DNA of 63,676 nucleotides, filler included, from Octopus bimaculoides (GCF_001194135.2; 7 parts of 6 records of this genome joined end to end with filler, not necessarily neighbours in it); one strand, 5' to 3'. Positions 1 through 10,270 are shown, numbered from the whole stretch's first letter. A program made the numbers and translations. The notes: generated from the sequence alone by a model not told the origin.

Positions 1-125
1 ATTCAGATGATTTTTTTCAATAAAAACAACAGTCTAAAAAAGAGACTCTCAAACATTTTCCTCTTGGGTACTCGTCATGTCCGGCAGTGTTGGCTTTTCC
101 GCGTGTTTAATATATTGTAAAATAG

Positions 126-345
126 CATGGCGGCGAGCTGGCAAAATCGTTAACACGCCGAGTAAAATGCTCCGCGATATTTCGTCCGTCCTTACGCCCT
201 GTGTTCAAATGCAATCGAGGTCAACTTTGCCTTTCATCCTTTCGGGATCGATAACATAAGTAGCAGTTGAGTACTGTAATCGATTACAGTCATCGATTTA
301 TCCTCTCCCTGAATTTGCTGGCCTTGTGCCAAAATTTGAAATCAA
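126..345 (+). mobile_element. SINE family A (tRNA-like head ggcggcgagctggcagaatcgttag, core gactttgcctttcatcctttcggggtcgataa, tail ccttgtgccaaaatttgaaa)
   Basis: Near full-length copy; about 20 related copies recur across the window. Confidence 0.85.
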
Positions 346-347
346 TA

Positions 348-896
348 CAGGGTTATGCAAAAAGAAAGAACAGATTTTAAATTTATTTTTGAAACAAACG
401 CTAAGAGGCACAAACACATTCTACATATTTCTTGATAGGGGAAGGTTTAAAGTTTATTTTAAGGTAGCATGCACTCAACATGAGCACCATGTGTTGCTCG
501 ACAAACATCGAAACCTTTTTCTGTGAAATTTTTATGCCATTCGTAAATTTGCTTGTGACGAGGTGGATTTTTATTGAATTAGCGGCGAAATTCACGTTGC
601 ACTTGCACAATCGATTCGCATTTCTCAAACTGCAGCACACAAAAATACTTTTCTTGTGGCGTCGCCATTTTCTAAGGGATTACAGAAATGAAAATTATAC
701 AACTTTAAATAAAATGAACAAAGTGAAACATTAAAACAAAATAAAATATTTTATTTAAGGCTTAATTCAATTTATCATGTTCAGGTATAAACTTTAAACT
801 TTCCCCTATCAAGAAATATGTAGAATGTGTTTGTGTCTCTTACCGTTTGTTTTAAAAATAAATTTGAAGTCTGCTCTTTCTTTTCAAATAACCTTG
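348..896. mobile_element. Tc1/mariner-type MITE with long (~110 bp) terminal inverted repeats and TA target duplication
   Basis: TA|cagggttatg...ctacatatttcttgataggggaaggtttaaagtttat on the left mirrors ataaactttaaactttcccctatcaagaaatatgtag...ataaccttg|TA on the right. Confidence 0.85.
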
Positions 897-1044
897 TATA
901 TTGTAATATAGTATGACACCATAAAACAGACAATAATGGATATCGTTTTTATGGATACCATAAAACAAGATAAAAAAAGTGGATAAACTGTTCTTCCCAA
1001 GCTATAGCCTTATAAGGCCGGTTTCTCAAATTCCGTGACGTATA

Positions 1045-1260
1045 CGAGGGATTGCTGAAAAGTTTCTGGCTTTGGTTTAAAGAAAATACAAGAGGATCAG
1101 TTAATTATGATTTTATTCAACATATTCCCTTCAGATTCACACACTTACTGCAGCAGTCCTTCAGTTTTTCTAAGCCATGTAAAAGAGCTCAGAAGGTTGG
1201 GCCTCCAATCAGGTTTTTTCGCGATACCCATAAAGCCAGGAACTTTTCAACACCTTCTCG
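1045..1260. mobile_element. Mariner-derived MITE (~215 bp)
   Basis: TIRs TA|cgagggattgctgaaaagtttctggcttt and aaagccaggaacttttcaacaccttctcg|TA; a second copy lies at 50376-50581. Confidence 0.85.
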
Positions 1261-1269
1261 TATATTCCT

Positions 1270-1450
1270 CACCCTCTCGGACGGGACACCGGCCGTCCCT
1301 GCATTACTCGTTTTTGCCAGCTGAGCGGACTGGAGTAACGTGATATGAAATGCTCTGCTCAAGAACACAACAGATCGTCATGTCTAGGAATCGAAATCAT
1401 AATATTATGATGATGAGTGCAACACACTAAGCCAAGCAATTACTCCTCAT
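1270..1450 (-). mobile_element. SINE family C (tRNA-derived head plus ttgtgttcttgagcaa core), degraded
   Basis: Reverse-complement similarity to the copies at 4349, 34565 and 61141. Confidence 0.6.
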
Positions 1451-1509
1451 GAAACGGACAATGTAGACAACGTATATTATCTGTTATTATCATACTTTTC
1501 AGCATTACA

Positions 1510-1647
1510 AATCGAAGTTTTTAGACCAAAATTTACAGGTAAAAAAGGTAGGTCTTATATACCAAGATAGCTTTGGAGAACCAAAATTTCCCTGTGAAAT
1601 GCGGTAGGATTTGGAAAGATAGTGACAATGTTTGAATGCTTACACTA
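1510..1647. repeat. Dispersed DNA-transposon-like repeat; inverted partner at 8706-8846
   Basis: Reverse complement aligns colinearly with 8706-8846 (cattcaaacattgtcact..ccgcatttcaca..cttggt.tataag..ttttggtct.aaaa.ttcga). Confidence 0.75.
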
Positions 1648-1892
1648 CACTTATACACTATACACTACGTAAACTTGTATGCAGGAAAAGATGGTAATTA
1701 TATTTAACGAATTTTTTTTTATAAATAAATGTATTTCGAAATCTGAAGATGCATCATTGATAAGTAGTAGATTATATTTAAATATTAAAATGTTTTTACA
1801 AATCTCGCATACCCTCGTAATTTCTCTTACATACTTTTGGTGGTACACGTACTCCGGTTTGAGAATCCATATTCTAAAGAATATTTACTTAC

Positions 1893-2285
1893 CAATGTCG
1901 ATTGGCATTGACCATTGTGACGTACTTAGGATGAACAATTCACTCCAGCTTTCTTCCAAAAGAATGGCTTGATCGCGAAATGGCTGTTGAAGAAATGATG
2001 GAATATTTCGTGCCCATTTCACCGACATAAATAAGAGGCGTGCTGCTGTTTCGTAGACGCTTTCTACACCGGAATTATTGACATAAAAATGTTGGTCTCC
2101 TCCAGCGAGGGGGTTAGCTAACATGCCAAACGGTGGTTGGTACGATGAAGGATTCATATTTACGGCGGACGCTGGGATCATTTTGTAAGGAAATGTCTGG
2201 GGCTGGTTACCATTTAGGGTTGTCGGTGGATGGATAGATGTTGTAGTGCTAACTGAATTCTCTTGTGAAGTACCTCCAGAAGATT
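1893..2285 (-). CDS. NR2E6: Late hinge plus ligand-binding domain helices 3-5 exon
   Basis: Acceptor tattttatttag|AA and donor ATTG|gtaagt; 393 nt, phase 1-1; encodes [55 protein letters not shown]. Confidence 0.95.
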
Positions 2286-5153
2286 CTAAATAAAATACCA
2301 TGCAAGGACGAAACAAAATGGTGTGTTATTTTTCAGTTTATTTAAGGGGAGAAGAATTGAGAATTGTAAATAAATTCTATTGACAAAAGAATCAAAATTT
2401 ATTGACAAAATTTATAAATTGTCTCGCAGTTACATAAGCAAAATTGCAGAGAATCGTAGACACTCTAGGGAAGTATTTTGACAATACTTCAATCATTTCT
2501 ATGGAATTAACATTTTATTTTTACGTAAGATTTCATTATCCTGCATGTTAATCTAGATACAAAAACAAAACAACAAAAAAAATTAACAAAAAGAAAATGG
2601 AAACTGAATTTCTGTGTCTGATGTAGGTTCGATAAATATGAATCAATACTGGTTTCTTGGGGTACAACAACAATTTTTGCATATTTCATCAAACCCAAGT
2701 TGTCGCTAGCCTTATTTCAAATTTAGCATTGTTCTTAAACAACATTAAAGTTATGATCTAAAAGAAAGAGGTGAATAGCAGCCCAACCACAAAGTAGTGC
2801 TTCGGCAAACTGGGGTATTGTCAGAACTATGAATGCAGATTTATAAACTAGAGATAATTCCATACATAGAATTTATGAATTCTTATTATTTCATTCTCAG
2901 TTTTTCTCGTATACTTATCAAATATAAACAACAACAAAATTTATTCTAGATATTGGTTTTAAATTTTTGGCAGAAAGTCAGAAATTTTGGGGAAGGGTTA
3001 AGTCGATTGCAATGACCCTAGCGTTCAACTTGTACTTATTTCATCGACTCCGATAGAACGAAAGGCTAAGTCGAGCTTGGCGGAATTTGAACTCAGAACA
3101 CAAAGAACCGGAAGAAATATTGTTAAACATTTTGTTTAATGCTCTAAAGATTCTGTCAGCTCACCGCCTTACTTGGTCCAATAATTATTTTTTGCTAATG
3201 GCACAAGGCCTGAAATTTGTGGGGAGGGGACTGGACTAGTCGATTATATCGACCCCAATGTTTCACTGGTATTTAATTTATCGATCCCGAAAGGATGAAA
3301 GGCAAAGTCTACCTCGGCGGAATTTGAACTCAGAATTTAAAGACGGGCGAAATACCGTGAAGCATTTCTTCCGGGATGCTAACGATTCTGCCAGCTCGCC
3401 GCTTTGTTTGGCCTAATAATGGTATATTTTACAAGAAATTGAGTACATCTACGACCTAAATGTCTACTCCAAGAACATTAGTGACCGAATCGCATTAGTA
3501 TGAATTATTATTAATAAAATAACCATTGAGTGAAAGTGAATTTAACAGTACGTATGTATTTTTAATGGCTACAGTGACTCTAGCACGATGCAATTTAGTC
3601 TCTTCACGTAATAACAGACCAAATCTAATGCAACTCAGGAATAATAAAAAAACGTTAAGACAAGATGAGTTTAAAGTTTATTGTGATGATCATCAGTCAT
3701 AAAAAAGTGTGAATCAATTTACCTGTACTGTCTGATTCAGTCTTTTCACGTTTCAGATGCGTCGGTGTGGAACATTCTCCGGAAACGCGTGACGAACAAT
3801 TTTCTTTGATGGTACAGTCGACGTTGTTCTCATTTCTACTGCCACCACTGCCACCACCACTACCAGTACCACTGCCACCGCTACCTCCACCACCTCCACC
3901 ACTGTTGTTTCCCCCTCCTCCTCTTTCTCCATCACCTCCTCCCGCTCCCCCTCCTCCTCCACCAGTTCCGCGTATATTTAGTTCCCCAGACGGAATTTTT
4001 ACTATTGCTGGTCGGAAGCCCATTTCTCCACTGGGTGTAGTACCTGGCTGTAACAAGTGATTCGGATAGTGATGGGGTAGATGTGATGGATGATGATGGT
4101 GGTGAGGGTGGAGAAAAGCTGCAGTTGCTGCGCGGCTATTTTGGTCGGCTAATTGGATTGTAATTGGCTGAAACACTTGGCCTGGATTGTAACCGGGTAA
4201 TTCAGGGTGCAGTGTGACTGGGGTGCTGTACTGGTGAAACTGGGCATAATCCAATCTACAAATAACAAAATAAATAAATAAATAATAAAATACAAGTAAC
4301 TAAAAATCGTCCCAAAACAAATAACTCAAGATCTGAGAATCCAAACGTGGAGGCACGTGGCTTAGAGATTAGGGTGTTGGATTCATGATCGTAAGATTGT
4401 GGTTTCGATTCCTGGACCAGACGATGCGTTGTGTTCTTGAGCAAAACACTTCATTTCACGTTGCTCCAGTCCACTCAGTTGTAGAAATTAGTTTAGCCTG
4501 GAGAGGGATGGGCTACGCCTAGCTTTCTCACCCTAGATACGCTGCATGACTGCAGCGCCCCAACGACCCCCAAGTGGTTAAAAGACTTGGCATTGTCAAG
4601 CTTGCTGTTATGCTTTTTTTTTTCTCTCGCACCTTAGGAATCGTAAGGTCGGTAACCTGTGTTAAATGATCGAGATTCAATGTTCTCTCTGAACGGGACG
4701 CCGGTCCGTTGCAGGGTTCGAAGCTAGCTATTTTGAAGGTAGGGAGAAAGCCGATTACATCGATCTAAGTACTTGACTGGTACTTAACTTTATTGATCCC
4801 AAAGAGATGAAAAGCAAAGCTGACCTCGACGGGATTTAGATTTAGAACCCAATGAGACGGAAGAAATGACGCTAAGCATTTTATCCGACGTTCTACCAAT
4901 TCTTCCAGTTACGGAATGTAAGAGTATTCTTTTATTCTTTTACTAGTTCCACCCACTGGATTGTGGCCCTTCAAGAACCCGCACTTTCAATTATATTAAT
5001 TCCTTTGCCCCGTTCTTATTTCATCGATTGATAGACATGGCTGTGTAGTTAAGAAGCTCGCTTTGCAACATTCAGGTTCAATCACATTGCATGGCATCTT
5101 GAGTAATGCCTTGTGAATGAATTTGGGAGGCAGAAACTATGTGGAAGCTTGTC

Positions 5154-5192
<39 letters not shown>

Positions 5193-6606
5193 AGAGAAAA
5201 AAACACAATTCTTGAATTCATCCATGAAAATCCAGTCACATAGAAAAAATTAATATATATATATATATATCTTTNNNNNNNNNNGCTTGGCAACCAGTGT
5301 AGATTTGCTTACGTAACCGTAATCTAACAGTTCAGTAAAACAGACTGAAAGAATAAATACCGGACTTAGAAAAGTAAGTACTAGGAGCGACGTGTTTGAC
5401 AAAACCCTTCAAGACGGTGCTCAAGCATGATCGCAGTCCAATGACTGAAACAAGTAAGAGGTATCAGAAAGAAATACTTATTTTATTGACTTCAGTAGGA
5501 TGAAAAGGACAAAGTAGATCTTGGCGAGATTTGAACTCAAAACGTAAAGAGACGCAACTAAATACCGCAACATATTTTGCCCGATAGTCTACTGAATGCG
5601 CCATCCAGCCACTTACCGAATACGTAGCATATGTAAGATAAAAAAAAGTCAAATGATTCAGTGTGCAAGAATCTCAGTATACAATGATCTTATGAATGTA
5701 TGGCGATCTAATTAATTAATTAATTAACAAATTAGTTAATTAAACTAATAAATCAAATAAAATTATCTCAGGGTTAATATCATTTTAATTTGATTTCAGC
5801 AAGTAGGGTTGACAACACTTGACTCGTTTCGGTCTTATTAAAACCTCATCAGCGAAGTATAGTCTTTTTTGACTCGTTTCGGTCTTATTAAAACCTCATC
5901 AGCGAAGTATAGTCTTCTTCGTGTATACCAGATTATTGATAAGATAATCATTATATTGATTGATATACAATAATGTACATCAGTCAAAAATGATCTTGAT
6001 GATCGAGGAGTATTACATTGATTAGTTAGTATTCTACCTCAGTAGAATAAATATGATGACACTAACTTGAAAGTTATTTATCATGCGGCTTTGGTTTCTG
6101 TTCGTCATTAAGAACGTACAAACGAGCAAAATTGTATAATAAAAGAATGTCTTTTTAACTCAGAAAGGCTAGTGGAGTTTCACTTTGATGGTGTAATGTG
6201 TATGAAGAATGAGAGATAATTATCCTTTAGTTAAGTCGCTATTTATGAAAATTGCAGATCCCACATGATCTAATATCTATTGTCGATAACTAACTGACTG
6301 TCTGTCTGACTGACTGTCTGTCTGACTGACTGACTGACTGACTGACTGACAGACTAACTAACTAACGAAGAAATTTCAACATAGTCGCTTGACCTGAAAA
6401 AAATTACAGCCAAGAGTGAACTGCGTAATGGTGCTGTTTTTCTTACAGACGGTACCCAACTGACCCTACTATACTGTGTAGTCGACAAAATAAAAAAAAC
6501 GAGCAATGTGCATGTGCAAAATTAAAAATATAAAATGGCGACAATTTACCCATCACACACTGTATGTATGTATGTATGTATGTATGTATGTATGTATGTA
6601 TGTATG

Positions 6607-6637
<31 letters not shown>

Positions 6638-7442
6638 NNNNNNNNNNNNNNNNNNNNNNNNNNNNNNNNNNNNNNNNNNNNNNNNNNNNNNNNNNNNNNN
6701 NNNNNNNNNNNNNNNNNNNNNNNNNNNNNNNNNNNNNNNNNNNNNNNNNNNNNNNNNNNNNNNNNNNNNNNNNNNNNNNNNNNNNNNNNNNNNNNNNNNN
6801 NNNNNNNNNNNNNNNNNNNNNNNNNNNNNNNNNNNNNNNNNNNNNNNNNNNNNNNNNNNNNNNNNNNNNNNNNNNNNNNNNNNNNNNNNNNNNNNNNNNN
6901 NNNNNNNNNNNNNNNNNNNNNNNNNNNNNNNNNNNNNNNNNNNNNNNNNNNNNNNNNNNNNNNNNNNNNNNNNNNNNNNNNNNNNNNNNNNNNNNNNNNN
7001 NNNNNNNNNNNNNNNNNNNNNNNNNNNNNNNNNNNNNNNNNNNNNNNNNNNNNNNNNNNNNNNNNNNNNNNNNNNNNNNNNNNNNNNNNNNNNNNNNNNN
7101 NNNNNNNNNNNNNNNNNNNNNNNNNNNNNNNNNNNNNNNNNNNNNNNNNNNNNNNNNNNNNNNNNNNNNNNNNNNNNNNNNNNNNNNNNNNNNNNNNNNN
7201 NNNNNNNNNNNNNNNNNNNNNNNNNNNNNNNNNNNNNNNNNNNNNNNNNNNNNNNNNNNNNNNNNNNNNNNNNNNNNNNNNNNNNNNNNNNNNNNNNNNN
7301 NNNNNNNNNNNNNNNNNNNNNNNNNNNNNNNNNNNNNNNNNNNNNNNNNNNNNNNNNNNNNNNNNNNNNNNNNNNNNNNNNNNNNNNNNNNNNNNNNNNN
7401 NNNNNNNNNNNNNNNNNNNNNNNNNNNNNNNNNNNNNNNNNN

Positions 7443-7487
<45 letters not shown>

Positions 7488-9818
7488 AATAAATCAATAA
7501 CAAAAAGCGATTCAAATATAAAAACGATAGATGTCCAAGGAACGTTTACACTTAAAATTATTTTGAAACTCTTAGAAAAATGTAATGAAGAGAATGTTAA
7601 AAATAAAAATATGACGTTTTGGGCATAATTCTTTGTCGGATAAGCAGAGACAAGTTCAGAGAAGAGGAGCAAGAGCGGAGAAAGAAGATAGGGAAAGAGA
7701 TCCAGGGATAAAGAAAAAAGAAAAAAGAAAAACACATGTGAATAATACACATGTTCGATCACTGACACTGTGTATGCATGTACATACATACATACATACA
7801 TACATACAAAGAAAATGATAGAACTCTCTTTTTACTCTTTACTCTTTTACTTGTTTCAGTCATTTGACTGCGGCCATGCTGGAGCACCGCCTTTAGTCGA
7901 GCAAATCGACCCGACGACTTATTCTTTGGAAGCCTAGTACTTATTCTATCGGTCTCTTTTTGCCGAACCGCTAAGTTACGGGGACGTAAACACACCAGCA
8001 TCGGTTGTCAAGCGATGATGGGGGCACGAACACAGACACACAAACACACATACATACATATATATACATATATACGACGGGCTTCTTTCAGTTTCCGTCT
8101 ACCAAATCCACTCACAAGGCTTTGGTCAGCCCGAGGCTATAGTAGAAGACACTTGCCCAAGGTGCCACGCAGTAGGACTGAACCCGGAACCATGTGGTTG
8201 GTAAGCAAGCTAGTTACCACACAGCCACTCCTGCGCCTAACTAATAATTATAATTTTCATATATTTGTAATTGAACATTATCTAAAATGAAATTGTTGAT
8301 AAAAACCTTGGGTGGTCCAGAATTTTCGTAATAGGGACAAATGGTACTTGGTTTTCTTCATTGTGTCTTCTGATTTCTTCTGGACCCGAGTGTCGTTGTT
8401 GGTAAGATCTTGGTGCTCTTTCATGTTGAACGGCTGGAATTAAACAATAACGATAATTTATTTATTTTGAAGCAACCTTTCGCTATTGACAACTCTGATG
8501 GTAGTATTTTTTTAAAGAGCTTTTGCATAGCAATAGAAATTAACAATTATTTTTGTCATATCAAGTCTAACAACTATTTGATTATTTTGTGTCTGAAGTC
8601 ACAATCTTTTCAATCGCCACCTATTGCTAAGTGAAGATGTTGATCCCATGAGCTCAGGGATACGTATTTTCGGCATACAAGTCTACATAGTATATAGTGC
8701 ACACATGTAATGTAAACATTCAAACATTGTCACTGTCCTTCCGAATCCTGCCGCATTTCACATTTTTGGGCTCTCGAAAGTCGTCTTGGTGTATAAGTCG
8801 GCCGACCTTTATTGGCTGACAGTTTTGGTCTGAAAAATTCGACTTTTAAGCAGGAAAATACGGTAACGCAAAATGCCCATTTAGTTAGTGATTGTTAGCA
8901 ATTCATCATGTTCTGTTTTTAATTACTGATAGAAAAAAAAAATACAGTGTTCACTTCGTTGAATTTTTGAATTTCTGAATTAAAAAAATTTTTTTCTTTT
9001 CTTTTTATAAGTTTTGCTGTGGCTTACAGTTTTTGTAATTGTGCAGTCTGTATATATTGGCAGGTGTTTACTAGAAGAAAAACGACCGTCTTTGGTTTCA
9101 AGACGAAAGGTGTTCTTTCATCAGGATAATGCTCGACTACATACAGCGAGGATGACATTCCAAAGACTGGAACAGTTTGAATGGGAAACGATGCCCCACC
9201 CATCATATTCACCGGACATTACCCCATCTAATTATCACTTATTCCGCACTCTTCAAAATGATTTGGACGGAAAAATATGAATTCTGTAGACGAGGTCAGA
9301 ACAGTACTGGAGGAATATTTTTCGTCATGGACAACTGAATTTTGGAAGAGGGGCTTTGCAAGTCTACCAGATAAATGGAAGAGTATTGTAGAATAAAAAA
9401 GAACTTTGTTTATCTTAATTATGAAAAATAAAAGAATAAAAGAAGTATAAAAAACTGCATTGTTTATATAGATAGGTAGATGTATATAATCTAAAGCACG
9501 TTATTGAAATGATCCACTTCTTTTAGCTTAGATATAACTGAACATGATCAAACAATGAATATTTAAAATACTCACACTCACCATCTCTGTTCATTTTCAT
9601 TTCCAGACATTTCTTGAATCGGCACGCCTGACACTGGTTCCTTCTTGCAACGTCTACTACACAGGATCCATTTTCTTTGCAAACGTAGTCGAGATTTCGA
9701 CGGATGCTCCTCTTGAAGAAACCGCGACACCCATCGCAACTAAGAACACCGTAATGTTTGCCAGATGCTCGGTCACCACATACCAGACACAGAGCATCAG
9801 TTTTCTTACATGGCGAAC
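1893..9818 (-). CDS. NR2E6: NR2E-group orphan nuclear receptor (PNR-like/NR2E6-type), partial multi-exon gene: join(9818-9582, 8433-8307, 4255-3723, 2285-1893); 5' exon and 3' LBD exons not in this span
   Basis: Manual translation gives a C4 zinc-finger DBD, the [10 protein letters not shown]-terminal extension, a long hinge and an NR2E-type LBD ([37 protein letters not shown]). GT-AG sites join in frame with phases 1,1,2,1,1. The subfamily call is from recalled sequence motifs; automated annotation would probably say photoreceptor-specific nuclear receptor-like. Confidence 0.9.
2951..3404 (-). mobile_element. Two tandem SINE family A copies (2951-3170, 3190-3404)
   Basis: Each carries gaaaggatgaaaggcaaagtc..gcggaatttgaactcagaa and ends in ccagctc.ccgc. 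Confidence 0.85.
3723..4255 (-). CDS. NR2E6: Hinge exon with poly-His and poly-Gly/Ser low-complexity tracts
   Basis: Strong acceptor ttttgttatttgtag|A and donor ACAG|gtaaat; 533 nt, phase 2-1; GC-rich and open throughout (ORF track 3697..4254). Confidence 0.88.
4349..4490 (+). mobile_element. SINE family C head and core
   Basis: gtggaggcacgtggcttagagattaggg (A-box-like), gtggtttcgattcctgg (B-box-like), ttgtgttcttgagcaaaacacttcatttcacgttgctccag. Confidence 0.8.
5032..5461 (+). mobile_element. SINE family D (head ggctgtgtggtaag; internal (TA)n; tail gcagtcaaatgactgaaacaagtaaaag), degraded and gapped
   Basis: Colinear with the reverse complement of 7823-8238; the N-gap sits in its internal microsatellite. 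Confidence 0.7.
5815..5917 (-). ncRNA. Tandemly duplicated (50-bp period) minimal hammerhead-ribozyme-like motif in a receptor intron, sense strand
   Basis: Minus strand reads CTGATGA-GGTTTT(aat)AAGACC-GAAA-C-GA-GTC twice. The lower copy has a 6-bp stem I (ATACTT/AAGTGT) but 2 extra nt before the core. Confidence 0.5.
7823..8238 (-). mobile_element. SINE family D, full-length young-looking copy
   Basis: Head aggcgcaggagtggctgtgtggtaac..ccgggttcagtcc, internal CA/TA microsatellite, tail (aagagta)n. Confidence 0.88.
8307..8433 (-). CDS. NR2E6: T-box/CTE and early hinge exon
   Basis: Acceptor ttattgtttaattccag|CC, then (A)[41 protein letters not shown]. The 5' end is certain. The 3' end is placed at the only phase-2 GT (CCAAG|gttttt), which is needed to join the next exon. 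Confidence 0.8.
8706..8846. repeat. Inverted partner of the 1510-1647 repeat
   Basis: Colinear reverse-complement match to 1510-1647. Confidence 0.75.
8870..9460 (+). mobile_element. Mariner transposase remnant (C-terminal catalytic region) in the intron after the DBD exon
   Basis: [10 protein letters not shown]...[16 protein letters not shown] matches the mariner HDNARPH / YSPDLAPSDYHLF motifs; continues frameshifted to [10 protein letters not shown]. Confidence 0.9.
9582..9818 (-). CDS. NR2E6: Nuclear receptor DNA-binding domain exon (both zinc fingers), missed by the ORF track
   Basis: Reads [78 protein letters not shown]. Acceptor ttattgaaatag|GT at 9819/9818; donor G|gtgagt at 9582/9581; 237 nt, phase 1-1. 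Confidence 0.97.
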
Positions 9819-9840
9819 CTATTTCAATAATAGTAGTAGA

Positions 9841-9878
<38 letters not shown>

Positions 9879-9949
9879 TAATAATAATAATAATAATAAT
9901 AACAACAACAACAACAACAACAGCAACAACAACAACAATTACAATTCTT

Positions 9950-10270
9950 TTTACTATAGCAACAGTACCCGAACTTTTGGGGGAGGGTTAGTCGATTACG
10001 TCGACCCTAGTCCTCAACTGGCACTTATTTTATCGAGGATGAAAGGTAAAGTCGATCCCGGTGGAATCTGAACTCAGAACGTAAAGTCGGATCGCTTAAC
10101 ATTTTGTCCCGCGTGCCAGCTCGTCGCCTTACTACTACTACTACTACTACTACCAAGAATAATTTCAAATTTTGGTACAAGTCCATTAATTTCGGTGGAG
10201 GGGCCAAGTCGATAACATCGGCCCCAGTATTCAACTGATACTTGTTTTATCGACCTTGAAAGGATGAAAG
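9950..10270 (-). mobile_element. SINE family A copies (9950-10130, 10160-10270)
   Basis: Same core and tail as the other family A copies. Confidence 0.75.

Noticed and set aside
1-1892. Remaining LBD exons (helices 7-12)
   Set aside because: No matching reading frame found; they presumably lie beyond the left edge of the window.
3753-4060. Poly-Pro ORF on + (3767-4060) and Glu/Val-rich ORF on - (3753-3962)
   Set aside because: Antisense and alternative-frame shadows of the receptor's poly-Gly exon.
6443-7801. Long ORFs of 300-450 aa in the ORF track (also 11858-12442, 18036-18504, 21108-21573, 57671-58243)
   Set aside because: They run through N gaps and (TA)n/(TATG)n tracts; no coding signal.
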